64,000 nt of DNA from Mobula hypostoma (lineage: Eukaryota). Location: assembly GCF_963921235.1 (NCBI RefSeq), contig NC_086101.1, positions 9,302,001 through 9,366,000 on the forward strand. Reading direction: 5' to 3'. Positions 45,385-59,654 of the stretch are shown here, piece by piece. The notes under the pieces are model-generated. The model ran no database searches. It had not been told where the DNA came from and saw only the letters and a list, made by a program, of their open reading frames with translations. Position numbers and translations under genes: made by a program. Each line of letters begins with the position of its first letter. The first letter of the stretch is position 1.

Positions 45385-47240
45385 CTATAGACAATAAGAC
45401 ATAGGAGCAGAATTAGTCTCTTTGGCACATTGAGTTTGCTCCGCCATTTAATCATGGCTGATCCTTTCTTCCCCTCCTCAGCCCCTCTCCCCGGCCTTCT
45501 CCCTGTAACCTTTGATGCCACGTCCAATGTCCAATGTCCATGTCCATGTTCAATCAAGAATCTATTGAGCTCTGCCTTACGTACACCCAATGAACTGGCC
45601 TCCACTGCTGCCTGTGGCAATAAATTCATTAAATTCACCAACCTCTGGCTGAAGAAATTTCTCCGCATCTCTGTTTAAATGGATGTCCCTCTATCCTGAG
45701 GCTGTGCCCTCTTGTCCTAGATTCCCCTCCATGGGGAACATCCTTTCTACATCTACTCTGTCCAGGCATTTCAGCATTCGAAAGGTTTCAATGGCAGCCC
45801 CCCCATCCTTCTAAATTCCAGCGAGTACAGACACAGAAATGTCAAACGTTCCTCGTATGATAACCATTTCATTCCCAGAATCATCATTGTGACCCTCCCT
45901 TGAACCCTCTCCAATGCCAGCACATCTTTTCTTAGATGAGGAGCCCAGAACTGTTCACAACACTCAAGTTGAGGCCTCACTAGTTCCTTATAAAGCCTGA
46001 GTATCACATCCTTGCTCTTGTATTCTAGACCTCTTAAATCAGATGCTAACATTGAACTTCCTTCCTCACCACTGACTCAGTCTGCAAGTTATCCTTTAGG
46101 GTGTTCTGCACAAGGATTCCCAAGTCCCTTTGCATCTCAGGTTTTTGGATTTTCTCCCCACTTAGAATACAGTCTGCAGATTTATTTCTACTAGCAAAGT
46201 GCATGAGCATGCATTTTCCAACATGGTATTTCATTTGCCACTTTCTTGTCCATTCTCCGAATCTGCCTAAGTCCTTCTGCAGCCTATCTGTTTCCTCAAC
46301 ACTACCTGCCCCTCCACCAATCTTTGCATCAGCTGCAAACATAGCAACAAAGCCATCCATCCCATCATCTACGAGGGTGATTGGTAAGTTCTCAGACAGT
46401 GCTTACTTGCAATTTTCAATTACCTGAAACAGAAATACCACAAAAGTTATTAACTTCAAACTTTCTGCATAATCACTCAAAGAGTTGAACTGCACGTGAA
46501 TGTAACGAGAGCTGTATAACCCATCTCCTTCTACATTAGGCCATGAACTTATCAATCACCCCTCGTAGGTCATTTATATACGGCATAAGTGGAAGTCGTC
46601 CCAACACCGACCCTTGCGGAACACCACTAGTCACTGGCAACCAGCTAGGATGTGATAATTTTATTCCCACTCGCTGTCTCCTACCGATCAGCCAATGCTC
46701 TAAACATGCCAGTAACTTTCCTGTAATACCATGGGCTCTTAACTTGGTGAGTAGCCTCTTGTGGCACCTTGTCAAAGGCCTTCTGAAAATCCATATATAC
46801 AACTTCCCCGTTATCTATCCTACGCGGAATCTCCTCAACGAATTCCAACAGGTTTGTCTGTCGAGATTTTTCCTTAATTTTTCCTTAATTCCATGCTGAA
46901 TTTTTCCTATCTTGTCCTGGGTCACCAAGTACTCCATCACCTCATCCTTAACAATTGACTGCAGCATCTTCCCAGACACTGAAGTCAGGCTAACTGGTCA
47001 TTATTCCCTGTCTGCTGCCTTCCGCCTTTCTTAAACAGTGGAGTGACATTTGCAATATTCCGGTCGTCTGGCACCATGCCAGAGTCAAATGATTTTTGAA
47101 AGATCATTACTAATGGCTCCACAATCTGTACCAATACCTCTTGCAGTTCATCTGGTCTGGGTCATTTATGTACCCTTAGATCTTTCAGCTTTTTGAGCAC
47201 CTTTTACCTTGTAAAATTAACTACACTCACTTAGTTCTTC
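45385..47240 (-). mobile_element. CR1 3' portion
   Basis: ORFs 46536, 46046, 45771 and 45333. Confidence 0.9.
46372..46565. mobile_element. Tc1/mariner-type MITE (194 bp)
   Basis: TIRs CGAGGG-TGATTGGTAAGTTC / GAACTTATCAATCACCCCTCG flanked by TA on both sides; interrupts CR1. Confidence 0.9.
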
Positions 47241-47654
47241 TGCCACCTCCTTGTCCCCCGTTACTACTTAATTTTAGGCTGAGAGTAGCAAATCTGTGGA
47301 ATGCTCTGCCACAGACTGTGGTGGAGGCCGAGTCCATGTGTATATTTAAGGCGGAAGTTGATAGTTTCCTGATCGTTCAGGGCATCAAAGGATATGGCGA
47401 GAAGGCAGGTGTAGGTCATGGAGTGAGATCCAGGGTCAGCCATGATGGAATGGCAGAGCAGACGCGATGGGCTGAACAGCCTAACTCTGCTCCTATGCTT
47501 TATGGTCACAGAACCGGACTCAGTTCCAGCGTCCCACCACCATGACTCTCCTCTGTTAGGTCAAACCCCCAACAGTATCCAAGATAATATACTGTACGTG
47601 TTGTTGAGGGGGATGGCTACAGGGGCACTCGACAATGGTTCCTTAACCGCTTTC

Positions 47655-48605
47655 CATAAGATCATAAGATATAGGAGCAGAAGTAGGCCATTTGGCCCAT
47701 CGAGTCTGCTACGTTGTTCAATCATGGGCTGATCGAATTCTTCCAGTCATCCCCACTCCCCTGCCTTCACCCCATACCCTTTGATGCCCTGGCTGATCAA
47801 GAACCTATCAATCTCTGCCTTGAACACACCCAATGACTTGGCCTCCACAGCCACTCGTGGGAAGAAATTCCACAGATTTACCGCCTTCTCATGAAAGTAA
47901 TTTCTCCGCATCTCAGTTTTTTTTTGGCGTGCGTGTCTTTTTCATGGCTTTTACAAGGCGCGGAGCGAGAGAGAGAGAGAGACTGTGTGGCACGCCACTC
48001 CTCATGCAGACATTTTCGCAGTATTTTTCCCTTTATTTTACGAGGTCGAATTGCGATCTCGACACTCAACACGGCACGGATGGAAAACGTACTCAGGAGC
48101 AGACCCGACTGGTTTCGAACCCAGGAACCTCCGCTACCGGGTCCAGCGCCGATTCAATCCTGAAGTCGTGCCCTCTTGTCCTAGAAACCCCTACCATAGG
48201 AAATAACTTTGCCATACCTAATCTGTTCAGGCCTTTTGACATTCAGAATGTTTCTATGAGATCCCCCCTCACTCTCCTGAACTCCAGGGAATACAGACCA
48301 AGAGCTGCCAGATGTTTCTCATACGGTAACTCTTTCATTCCTGGAATCATTCTCGTGAATCTTCTCTGAACCCTTTCTAAATACATCCTTTCTAAAACAA
48401 GGAACGCAAAATTGCACACTGTATTCCAACTGTGGTCTCACTTATAGAGCCTCAACATCACGTCCCTGATCTTATATTCTATACCTCTAGAAACGAATAT
48501 TGCATTCACCTTCTTCACAACCGACTCAACCTGGAGGTTAACCTTTAGGGTATCTCGCACAAGGACTCCCGAGTCCCTTTGCATCTCTGCATTTTTAATT
48601 CTCTC
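47655..48605 (-). mobile_element. CR1 3' fragment
   Basis: CATAAGAT tail at about 47655 and ORF2 C-terminal remnants. Confidence 0.85.
47917..48153 (-). mobile_element. tRNA-derived SINE, 5'-truncated
   Basis: Minus strand B-box GGGTTCGAAACC, internal (TC)n and poly(A) tail; interrupts CR1. Confidence 0.7.
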
Positions 48606-48609
48606 CTAC

Positions 48610-49900
48610 TCTCTTGTAATCTGTGGTCCATATCCCAGCTACTATTGGGAGGCCTGTATATACCCTTGCATTTTCTTAACTCAGCCCACAAGGATTCAAC
48701 ATCTTCCATTCCTATGTCACATCTTTCTACTGATTTGATGCCATTCGTCACCAGTAGAGCCACACCACCCCCTCTGCCTACCTTCCTGTCACTCCGATAT
48801 AATGTGTCAGCTCCCAACTACAACCATCCTTCAGCCACAATTCAGTGATGGCCACAACATCACATTTGACAATCTGTAATAGTGCAACAAGATCATCCAC
48901 TTTATTTCTTATCCTCCATGCATTAAAATATAACACTTTGAGTACTGTATTTGCTACCCTTTTTGATTTTGCATCCCTAATGCACTGATACTCACCCTGC
49001 TGGCTGCAATTATGACCTGTCATCTGTCTGCCCTTCCTGACAGTCTGACTGCAGGCTATCTTTGTTTTTTTACCATCCATCCTATCCTGAGTCCCCTCAC
49101 TCCGGTTCCCACCCCCCTGCCAAATTAGTTTAAACCTTCCGCAACAGCTCTAACAAACCTGCCCGTGAGAATTTTGGTTCCCCTCGGGTCCAGGTGCAAC
49201 CTGTTACTTTTGAACAGGTTATATCTCCCCCAGAAGAGATCCCAATGATCCAAGAACCTGAAGCCCTGCCCCTTCCACCAATTTCCCAGCCATGCATTAA
49301 TTGGCCAAATCATCCTGTTTCTACCCACACTGGCACACAGCACAAGCAGCAATCGAGAAATTACTTCCTGGGAGGTCCTGCTTCTCAACTTTCTACCTAG
49401 CTCTCTAAGTTCTCTGTTCAGGACCTCTTTTCACTGCGCTGACTGCCTATTTACATTTCCATTTCTCATGACAGGCTCCCAGCTACTCGCCTCCTGCAAC
49501 TTTGGAGTGACTACTTTCCAGTAATTCTGATCGATTATCTCCTCACTCCCCTCTACAATCCGAAGGTCATCCAGCTGCTGCTCCAGATCCCGAATACAGT
49601 CTTCAGGGAGCTGGAGCTGGATGCACTTCACACAGATGGTGTTCACTGGGAGACTCTGGTCTCCCAGGACTCCAACATCTGGATTGAAGAACACACAACA
49701 GCCATTTACTACACAAGGTACAGTAAGAGGGAAAAAAAAGAGAACTTTAACAGAAGTTTACCCAGAGTAATGCCTCTTTTAATGGTGAAGCCTCCTTTGA
49801 GCCAAAGCCTGACACTCCTACTCTCACCACTGACCTAATCCCAACAATGATCACCCCGACAATGGCCGCTCCACTTGTCCCTTCTCTACTTTTAAACAAG
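48610..49900 (-). mobile_element. CR1 5' part: ORF1 (zinc finger/zipper + SGNH esterase) and start of APE
   Basis: CVKCIQLQL...LEQQLDDLR; GQGFRFLDHWDLFWGR...LHL; LKVLYFNAWRIRNK. Confidence 0.85.
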
Positions 49901-50315
49901 CATCGCAAACCTGATGGAAACCTCGTCACTGAGTCCTGCTCATGCCTCTAATCGGGTCGTCGGAATTGAGGTTAATTCCGGCACCAACCCCACCTGTTGG
50001 GAAGCATCACTGTCACATGGTCAGCTGGAGATGTCAAATCCCTGAACAGACCAACACAGGGGTAACATACAACCAACACACGGCACTGTTATGTGAACCA
50101 CTGCGTCCTGATCCCATTCACACTGGACAAATACGCCAATGCATGAGTTTGAATCCCAACACAGTAGCTCTGGAATTAACATTCAATGAATGACATTAAA
50201 GGGGATAAAATCTGGTATCACTGTGGTGACAGGGAATTGTCAGAAAAATACACCAGTCCTTCGAGCCACTCACCGTGTCTGACCTGTCCGTGACCGCAGT
50301 CTGATTGACTCAACT

Positions 50316-50329
50316 CTGCCCCCTGCTGG
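50316..50329 (-). promoter_or_regulatory. CTCF core motif
   Basis: CCAGCAGGGGGCAG on the minus strand in a non-repeat island. Confidence 0.55.
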
Positions 50330-50433
50330 ACTCGCGAGTCTCACTGTTGTTATCAAACCAGCACATTGACGCATCGTCAGACTGAGCCCGGACACACCGA
50401 TCAGCATTGACCTCGGTGAATGATGGGAGAAGA

Positions 50434-50487
50434 TCATGTAACCAGCCTGGCAAATCTCCCTCATGTAACCAGCCTGGCAAATCTCCC
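50434..50487. repeat. perfect 27-bp tandem duplication, with a (CA)n tract at about 50541-50562
   Basis: TCATGTAACCAGCCTGGCAAATCTCCC x2. Confidence 0.95.
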
Positions 50488-51767
50488 TCACACACATGCA
50501 CAAGGACGATTGATAAATTGTAGTCCGAACCTCAGCATTGCACACACACACACACACACACAACAGTGATAAATACCCAGACGCACCAGCAGACTGGGAC
50601 ACATAGTCAGAGACACAGACACAAATTTACATTTAAGAATGAAATCTGCCACCTTTATCCAATTTGCCTGTTTTTGTGGCACTGAACTGCCCTCTGAACT
50701 GATGTCACACCAACAGTTCACAGACAGACTCCAGGGTGAGATTCCTCAGGTGGATGATCTGGGAAGGGGTTTGGTAGAGGTTGAACCCATGGCCCAACTC
50801 ATCCATCCGGGCTAAGATGTCTTCCTGAGTAAGTCCCATTTCCGTGTGTTTGTCCCATATCCCTCTAACCATTTCCTATCTGTGTACCTGTCTGGATTTA
50901 TTTTAAAATATTTTCATTAAACCATAGACCATAAGACCAAGATATAGGAGCAGAATTAGGCCATTTTGCCCATTGAGTCTGCTCTGCCATTTCATCGTAG
51001 CTGATCCAATTTTCCTCTCAGCTCGAATCTCCTGCCATCTCCCCACATCCCTTCATGCCCTGACCAGTCAAGAATCTATCAACCTCTGCCTTAAATATAC
51101 ATAAAGACTTGACCTCAACCTCAACTTGTGGCAAAGAATTCCACAGATTCACCACTCTGTGGCTACAGAAATTCCTCCACATCTCCGTCCTAAAAGAATG
51201 CTTCCCCATTTTGAGACTGTGTCCTCTGGTCTTAGACTCTCCCACCACAGGAAACATCCTCTCCATATCCACTCTATCAAATCCTTTCAATGATAGATTT
51301 CAATGAGATCACCCCTCATTCTTCTGAATTCCAGTGAATACAGGCCCAGAGCCATCAAACAAAGCTCATATGACAAGCCATTCAACACTAGAATCATTTT
51401 CATGAACCTCGTTTGAACTCTCTCTGCAGTTTCAGCTCATCCTTTCTGAGATAAAGGGCCCAAACCTGCTCACAATACTCCAGGTGAGGTCTGACCAGTG
51501 CCTTATAAAATTTCAACATTACATCCTTGCTTTTATGTTCCAGTCTTCTTGAAATGAATCCTAACATCAGATTTCCCTTCCTCACCACAGACTCAACCTG
51601 CAAATTAACATTTACGGAATGCTGCACAAGATCTCCCAACTCCCTTTGCCCCTCAGTTTTTTTATATTTTCTCTCCATTTAGAAAATAGTTAAGACATAT
51701 GTTTTTTTCACCAAAGTGCACGACCATACACTTCCCGACACTGTATTCCATCTGCCATTTCTTTGCC

Positions 51768-54700
51768 TGAAGAGAGATTTCCAGGAGTTAGGAAGGAAGC
51801 TGAGAAGCAGGACCTCCAGGGTAGTAATCTCGGGATTGCTACCTGTGACACGTACTAGTGAGGGCAAGAATAGTAGGATCAGGCAGGTGAATGTATGGCT
51901 AAGAGACTGGTGCAGGGGGCAGGGCTTCAGTTGCTTGGATAATTGGGATCTCTTCTGGGGGAAGAATGACCTGTTCAGAAAGGACAGATTACACCTGAAC
52001 CCGAAGGGGACCAATATCCTGGTGGGAAAGTTTAATGGAGCTGTTAGGGAGGGTTTAAACTAATTTGGCAGGGGGATGGGAACCGGAATGACAGAGCAGA
52101 GGAAGGGGAAATCTAAGATAGTGAGCAGGAAAGACAGGCAGGTGATGGGCAAATTTGTAGCCATTGGGATGAGTTGCAGTGCAGTAAAGTTGCAGTGAAA
52201 TCAAAGCGAAAAGTACCAAATACTGGTCTTAAGGTGTTATACTTAAATGCACGCAGCATAAGGAATAAGGTGGATGATCTTGTCGTACAGCTACAGATTG
52301 GCAAGTATGATATTGTGGCCATCACTGAGACATGGCTAAAGGATGCATGTCTCTGGGAGCTGAACGTCCAAGGATACACGATGTATCGGAAGGATAGGAA
52401 GGTAGGCAGAGGGGAAGGCGTAGCTTTATTGGTAAGAAATTATATTAAATCATTAGAAAGAGGTGATATAGGATCGGAAGGTGCAGAATCTTTATGGGTT
52501 GAGCTGAGAAGTTGCAGGGGTAAGAGGACCCTGATGGCAGTTATTTATAAGCCTCCAAACAGCTGCAGGGATGTGGACTACAAATTACAACAGGAAATGG
52601 AAAAGGCTTGTCAGAAGGGCAGTGTTGTGATAATTGTGGGGGATTTTAACATGCGAGTGGATTGGGAAAATCAGGTCGGCACTGGATCTCAAGAGAGAGA
52701 ATTTGTAGAATGTCTGCGAGATGGCTTTTTAGAACAGCTTGTTGTTGAGCCCACTAGGGGATCGGCCGTACTGGATTGGGTATTGTGTAATGAACCGGAG
52801 GTGATTAGAGAGATTGAGGTGAAGGAACCCTTAGGAGGCAGTGATCATAACATAATTGAGTTCACTGTGAAATTTGAAGAAGAGAAGCTGAAATCTGATG
52901 TGTCGGTATTTCAGTGGAGTAAAGGAAATTACAGTGGCATGAGAGAGGAACTGGCCAAAGTTGACTGGAAAGGGACACTGGCGGGAAAGACAGCAGAGCA
53001 GCAGTGGCTGGAGTTTATGCGAGAAGTGAGGAAGGTGCAAGACAGGTATATTCCAAAAAGGAATAAATTTTCGACTGGAAAAAGGATGCAACCGTGGTTG
53101 ACAAGATAAGTCAAAGCCAAAGTTAAAGCAAAGCAGAGGGCATACAAGGAAGCAAAAATTCGTGGGAAGACAGAGGATTGGGAAGTTTTTAAAACCTTAC
53201 AAAAGGAAACCAAGAAGGTCATTAAGAGAGAAAAGATTAGCCATGAAAGGAAGCTAGCAAATAATATCAAAGAGGATACTGAAAGCTTTTCCAAGTATAT
53301 AAAGAGTAAAAGACAGGTGAGAGTAGATTTGGACCGATAGAAAATGATGCTGGAGAAATTGTCATGGGAGATAAGGAGATGGCAGAGGAACTGAACGAGT
53401 ATTTTGCATCAGTCTTCACTGAGGAAGACATCAGCAGTATACCGGACACTCAAGGGTGGCAGGGAAGAGAAATGTGCGCAGTCGCAATTACGACAGAAAA
53501 AGTACTCAGGAAGCTGAATAGTCTAAAGGTAGATATATCTCCTGGACCAGATGGAATGCACCCTCGTGTTCTGAAGGAAGTAGCTGTGGAGATTGCGGAG
53601 GCATTAGCGATAATCTTTCAAAAGTCGATACACTCTGGCATGGTTCCGGAGGACTGGAAGATTGCAAATGTCACTCCACTATTTATGAAGGGGGCAAGGA
53701 AGCAAAAAGGAAATTATAGACCTGTTAGCTTGACATTGGTGGTAGGGAAGTTGTTGGAGTCGATCGTCAAGGATGAGGTTACAGAGTACCTGGAGGCATA
53801 TGACAAGATAGGCAGAACTCAGCATAGATTCCTTAAAGGAAAATCCTGCCTGACAAACCTATTACAATTTTTTGAGGAAATTACCAGTAGGTTAGACAAG
53901 GGAGATGCAGTGGATGTTGTATATTTGGATTTTCCAAAGGCCTTTGACAAGGTGCCACGCATGAGGCTACTTAACAAGATAAGAGCCCATGGAATTACAG
54001 GAAAGTTACATACTTGGATAGAGCGTTGGCTGATTGGCAGGAAACAGAGAGTGGGAATAAAGGGATCCTATTCTGGTTGGCTGCCGGTTACCAGTGGTGT
54101 TCCACCAGGTCCGTGTTGGGGCCGCTTCTTTTTACATTGTACATCGACGATTTGGATTATGAAATCGATGGCTTTGTGGTTAAGTTTGCTGACGATACGA
54201 AGATAGGTGGAGGGGCCGGTAGTGCTGAGGAAACGGAGAGTCTGCAGAGAGACTTGGATAGATTGGAAGAATGGGCAGGGAAGTGGCAAATGTTGGAATG
54301 TTGGAAAGTGCATGGCTATGCACTTTGGCAGAAAAAATAAATGGGCAGACTATTATTTAAATGGGGAAGGAATTCAAAGTTCAGAGATGCAACGGGACTT
54401 GGGAGTCCTCGTACAGGGTACCCTTAAAGTTAACCTCCAGGTTGAATCAGTAGTGAAGAAGGCGAATGCAATGTTGGCATTCATTTCTAGAGGAATAGAG
54501 TATAGGAGCAGGGATGTGATGCTGAGGCTCTATAAAGTGCTGGTGAAACCTCACTTGGAGTACTGTGGGCAATACTGGACTCCTTATTTAAGAAAGGATG
54601 TGCTGACATTGGAGAGGGTACAGAGAAGATTCACGAGAATGATTCCGTGAATGAGAGGGTTAACATATGAGGAACATTTGTCCGCTCTTGGATTTTATTC

Positions 54701-55109
54701 CTTTGAGTTTAGAAGAATGAGGGGAGACCTCATAGAAATATTTTGAATGCTGAAAGGCATGGACAAAGTGGATGTGGCAAAGTTGTTTCCCATGATGGGG
54801 GAGTCTAGTACGAGAGGGCATGACTTAAGGATTGAAGGGCGCCCATTCAGAACAGAAATGCGAAGAAATTTTTTTCGTCAGAGGGTGGTGAATCTATGGA
54901 ATTTGTTGCCATGGGCAGCAGTGAAGGCCAAGTCATTGGGTGTATTTAAGGCAGAGATTGATTCGTATCTGAGTAGCCAAGGCATCAAAGGTTATGGTGA
55001 GAAGGCGGGTGAGTGGGACTAAATGGGAGAATGGATCAGATCATGATAGAATGGCGGAGCAGACTCCTTGGGCCGAATGGCCGGCTTCTGCTCCTTTGTC
55101 TTATGGTCT
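51768..55109 (+). mobile_element. CR1: ORF1 C-terminus + whole ORF2 (APE, RT), with a few disablements
   Basis: Esterase (51716..52063), APE (52174..53109, GDFN, SDH), RT (53364..54650), TTATGGTC tail. Confidence 0.93.
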
Positions 55110-56071
55110 TATTCTCCAGAATTATCTAAGTCCTTCTGTAGCTTCTCTACTTCCTCGAAAGTACCTGCCCTTCCACCTATCTTCATATCGCCTGTAAACT
55201 CTTTAACAAAGCCATTAATTCTATCATTCAAATAATTGACATACAATGTATAAAGAATCAGTCCCAACACAGACCCCTGTGGAATACCACTAGCCACTGG
55301 CAGCCAGCCAGAAAAGGCTCCATTTATTCCCACTCTTTGCCTCCTGCCAATCAGCCACTGCTTTGTCCATACCAGGATCTTTCCTGTAATACCGTGGGCT
55401 CGTAGCTTGTTAAGTAGCCTCATGTGTGGCACCTTGTCAAAGACTTTCTGAAAATCCAAGTACACAACATCAATGATTCTTCTTTGTTTATCTGGCTTGT
55501 TATTTCTTCAAAGAATTCCAACAGATTTATCAGGCAAGATTTTTCCGTGAGTAAACCATGCTGACTACGGCCTATTTTATCCTGCGCCTCCAAGTACCCT
55601 GACAACTCCTCCTCAATAATCAACTTCAACATCTTCCCAGCCACTGAGGTCAGACTAACTGGCCCAGAGTTTCCTTTATTCTGCCTCTCTCTTCTTGAAC
55701 AGTGGAGAGACATTTAGAACTTTCCAGTCTTCCAGAACCATTCAAGAATCTGGTGATTCTTGAAGGATCATTACTAATGCCTCCACGATCTCTTCAGCCA
55801 ACTCTTTCAGAACTCTGGCATGTTCACCATCTAGTCCAGGTGACAGCTACCTTAATATCTTTCAGTTTCCCACGAACCTGTTCTCTGGTAATGCGAACTT
55901 CACGCACGGCATGCCACCTGACACCTGTAACTTCCACCATACTGCTCGTCTCTTCCACAGTGAAGACTGATGCAAAATACGTCTTCAGTTCATCCACCCC
56001 TTCATTGTCCCCCATTACTACCTCCCCAACATTGTTTTCCAGCAGTCTGATATCCACTCTTGCCTCCCTCT

Positions 56072-59000
56072 AATCCAGAAAATAGCGTCTCCCAGGTACT
56101 AATTTCTAGATTGCCCCTGATGCCACGTGCCAGTGAGGGTAGAAACGGGATGATTTGGCAGATAAATGTGTGGCTGAGAAGCTGGTGCAGGGGGCAGGGC
56201 TTCAGGTTCTTGGATCACTGGGATCTCTTCTGGGGGAGGTATGACCTGTTCAAAAGTGATGGGTTGCACCTGAACCGAGGGGAACCAATATTCTCGCAGG
56301 CAGGTTTGTTAGAGCTGTTGGGGACGGTTTAAACTAATGTGGTAGTTGGGTGGGAACCGAAGTGAAGGGACTCAGGATAGGACGGATAGTGAAAAATAAA
56401 GATAGCGTGCAGTCAGACTGTCAGGAAGGGCAGGCATGTGATGGGCCTCAGTTGCAGCCAACAGGCTGAGTATCAAAACATTAGGGATGCAGAATCAGAA
56501 AGGACAGCAAATACGGTACTCAAGGTGATGTATCTAAATGCACGTAGTGTAAGAAGTAAAGTGGATGATCTTGTTGCATGATTACAAATTGCCAGGTAGA
56601 ATTTTGTAGCCATCACTGAATTGTGGCTGAAGGATGGTTGTAGTTGGGAGCTGAATATCCAAGGTTACACATTATATCGGAGTGATAGGAAGGTAGGCAG
56701 AGGGGGTGGTGTGGCTCTACTGGTAAAGAATGACATCAAATCAGTAGAAGAATGTGACATAGGATCGGAAGATGTTGAATACTTGTGGGTTGAGTTAAGA
56801 AACTGCAAGGATAAAAAGACGTTGATGGCAGTTATATACAGGCCTCCCAACAGACCTGGGAGTTGGAACACAGATTACAACAGGAAATAGAACAGGCATG
56901 TCAAAAGGGCAATGTTATGGTAGTGATGGGAGATTTTAACATGCAGGTCGATTGGGAAAATCAGGTTGGTAATGGATCTCAAGAGAGTGAGTTTGTTGAA
57001 TGCCTAAGAGATGGCATTTAAATCAGTTTGCATTGATCTACCAGGGGATGAGCTATACTGGACTGGCTGTTATGTAAAGATCCGGAGGCAGTTAGGGAGC
57101 TGAAGGTAAAAGAACCCTTCGGAATCAGAGATCACAGTATGATTGAGTTCAACTTGTAACTGGATAGGGAGAAAGTAAAGGCTGATGTAGCAGTATTTCA
57201 GTGGAGTAAGGGAAATTACAGTGGTATGAGAGGAGTTGGCCAAAGTAAATTGGAAAGAGCTGCTGGCAGGGATGTCAGCAGAGCAGCAATGGTGTGTGTT
57301 TCTAGGAAAAATGAGGAAGGTGCAGGACACGAGTATTTCTTCATTTCTTCCAAAACTGAAGAAATACTCAAATGGTAAAATAGTACAACCATGGCTGACA
57401 AGGGAAGTCCAAGCTATTGTAAAAGCAAAAGAAAGAGCAGACAACAAACAAAAAATTAGTGGGATGATAGCGGATTGGGAAGTTTTTAAAAACCTACAGA
57501 GAGCAACTAAAAAAATCATTGGAAGGGAAAAAAATGAAATATGAAAGCAAGCTAGCAAATAATATCAAAGTAGACGGTAAAAGTTTTTTCAAGTGTGTTA
57601 AAAATAACAGAGAAATGAGAGTGGATATAGGACCGCTAGAAAATGAGGCAGGAGAAATAATAACAGGGGACAAGGAGACGGCTGATGAACAAAATGACTA
57701 TTTTGCATCAGGCTGCACTGTGGAAGACACTGGCAGTGTGCCTGATGTTGTAGTGTGTGAAGGAAGAGAAGTTGGTGAAATTACTGTTACAAGAGAGAAG
57801 GTGCTCAAAAAGCTGAAAGACCTAAAGGTTCATAAGTCACCCAGACCAGAGGAACTGCACCCTAGGGTTTTGAAAGAGGTCGCATTAGAGATTGTGGTGG
57901 CATTAGAAATGACCTTTCAAAAATGATCGGACTCTGGCATGGTGTCAGAGGACTGGAAATTTGCAAATGTCACTCCACTCTTTAAGAAAGGAGGAAGGCA
58001 GCAGAAAGGAAATTATAGACCAATTAGCCTGACTTCAGTAGCTGGGAAGATGTTTGAGTCAATTGTTAAGGATAAGGTGATGGAGTACATGGTGACACAG
58101 GACGAGATAGTACAAAGTCAGCATGGTTTCCTTCAGGGAAACTCCTGCCTGACGAACATGTTGGAATTCTTTGAGGAGATTACAAGTAGGATAGACAAAG
58201 GGGCTGCAGTGGATGTTGTGTATCTGGACATTCAGAAGGCCTTTGACAAGGTCCCACACAAAAGGCTGCTTACCGAGTTAGAACCCATGTTATACAGGAA
58301 AGATACTGGCATGGTTACAGCATTGACTGATTGGAAGGATGCAGCAAGAGGGAACCAAAGGATCATTTTCTGGTTGGCTGTCAGTGACTTGTGGTGTTCC
58401 GCAGGGGTCAGTGTTGGGACCACTTCTTTTTATGCTGTATATTAATGATTTAGATGATGGAATAGATGGGTTTTTTGCCAAGTTTGCAGATGATACGAAG
58501 ATTGGTGGATGGGCAGGTCGCTTTGAGGAAACAGGTAGGATGCAGAAGGACTTAGACACATTAAGAGTATGGGCAAGAAAGTGGCAAATGAAATACAATG
58601 TTGGAAAATGTATGGTCATGCACATTGCTAGTAGAAATAAATGTGCAGACTATTTTCTAAATGGGATCTGATATCTAAATCTGAGATGCACAGGGACTTG
58701 GGAGTCCTTGTGCAGAACACCCTAAAGGTTAACTTGCAGGTTGAGTCGGTAGTGAGGAAGGCAAATGCCATGTTAGCATTCATTTCAAGAGGTCTAGAAT
58801 ACAAGAGCAAGGATGTGATGCTGAGGCTTTAAAAGTCACTGGTGAGGCCTCACCTTGAATATTGTGAAGAGTTTTGGGCTCCTCATCTGAGGAAGATGTG
58901 CTGGCATTGGAGAGGTTCCAGAGGAGGTTCACAAGGATAATGCCAGGAATGAAAGGGTTATCTTACAAGGAACGTTTCATGGCTCTGGGTCTGTACTCGC

Positions 59001-59419
59001 TGAAATTCAGAAGGATGATGGGGGGTGGGGAATCTCATTGAAACCTTTCGAATCTTGAAAGGCATAGACAGAGTAGATGTGGAAAGGATGGTTCCCATGG
59101 TGGGAGAGTCCAGGACAAGAGGGCACAGCCTCAGGATAGAGGGGCGCCCTTTCAAAACAGAGATGAGGAGAAATTTCTTTAGCCAAAGGGTAGAGAGTTT
59201 GTTAAATTTGTTGCCACATGCAGCTGTGGAGGACAGGTCGTTGGGTGTATTTAAGGCAGAGATTGATAAGTTCTTGAATGGACATGGTTTCAAAGGTTAC
59301 GGGGAGAAGGATGGAAACTGGGCTTGAGGAGGAAATAAAAAATAGGATCAGCCATGACTGAATGGTGAAGCAGAGTCGATGGGCAGATGGCCTAATTCTG
59401 CTCCTGTGTCTTATGGTCT
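56072..59419 (+). mobile_element. CR1: ORF1 C-terminus + whole ORF2, decayed
   Basis: ORFs 56060, 56621, 57236, 57519, 57939, 58339, 58641 and 59025; TTATGGTC tail. Confidence 0.92.
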
Positions 59420-59654
59420 TTTAAACTTTATGTATCTGAAGAAAATTTGTTGCCTTTTTAATATTATTGGCTAACTTAGTTTTGTAATCCCTCTTTACCT
59501 TAATGACTTTTTTAGTTGCCTTTTGAAAGCTTCCCAATCCTCTGACTTTCCACTACTTTTTGCTCTGTTTTATGCCCTCTCTTTGGCTTTTATGTTGGCT
59601 TTGACTTCTCTTGTTAGCCACATCTTGCCTTCAGAGTACTTCTTCTGTGGGATG

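Noticed and set aside
48090..48153. tRNA genes suggested by GTTCGA B-boxes (also about 40303 and 62115)
   Set aside because: No full cloverleaf; each is the head of a SINE.
52174..55022. Active autonomous CR1
   Set aside because: 5'-truncated, with stops and frameshifts in ORF2 (for example near 53109, 54110 and 54650).
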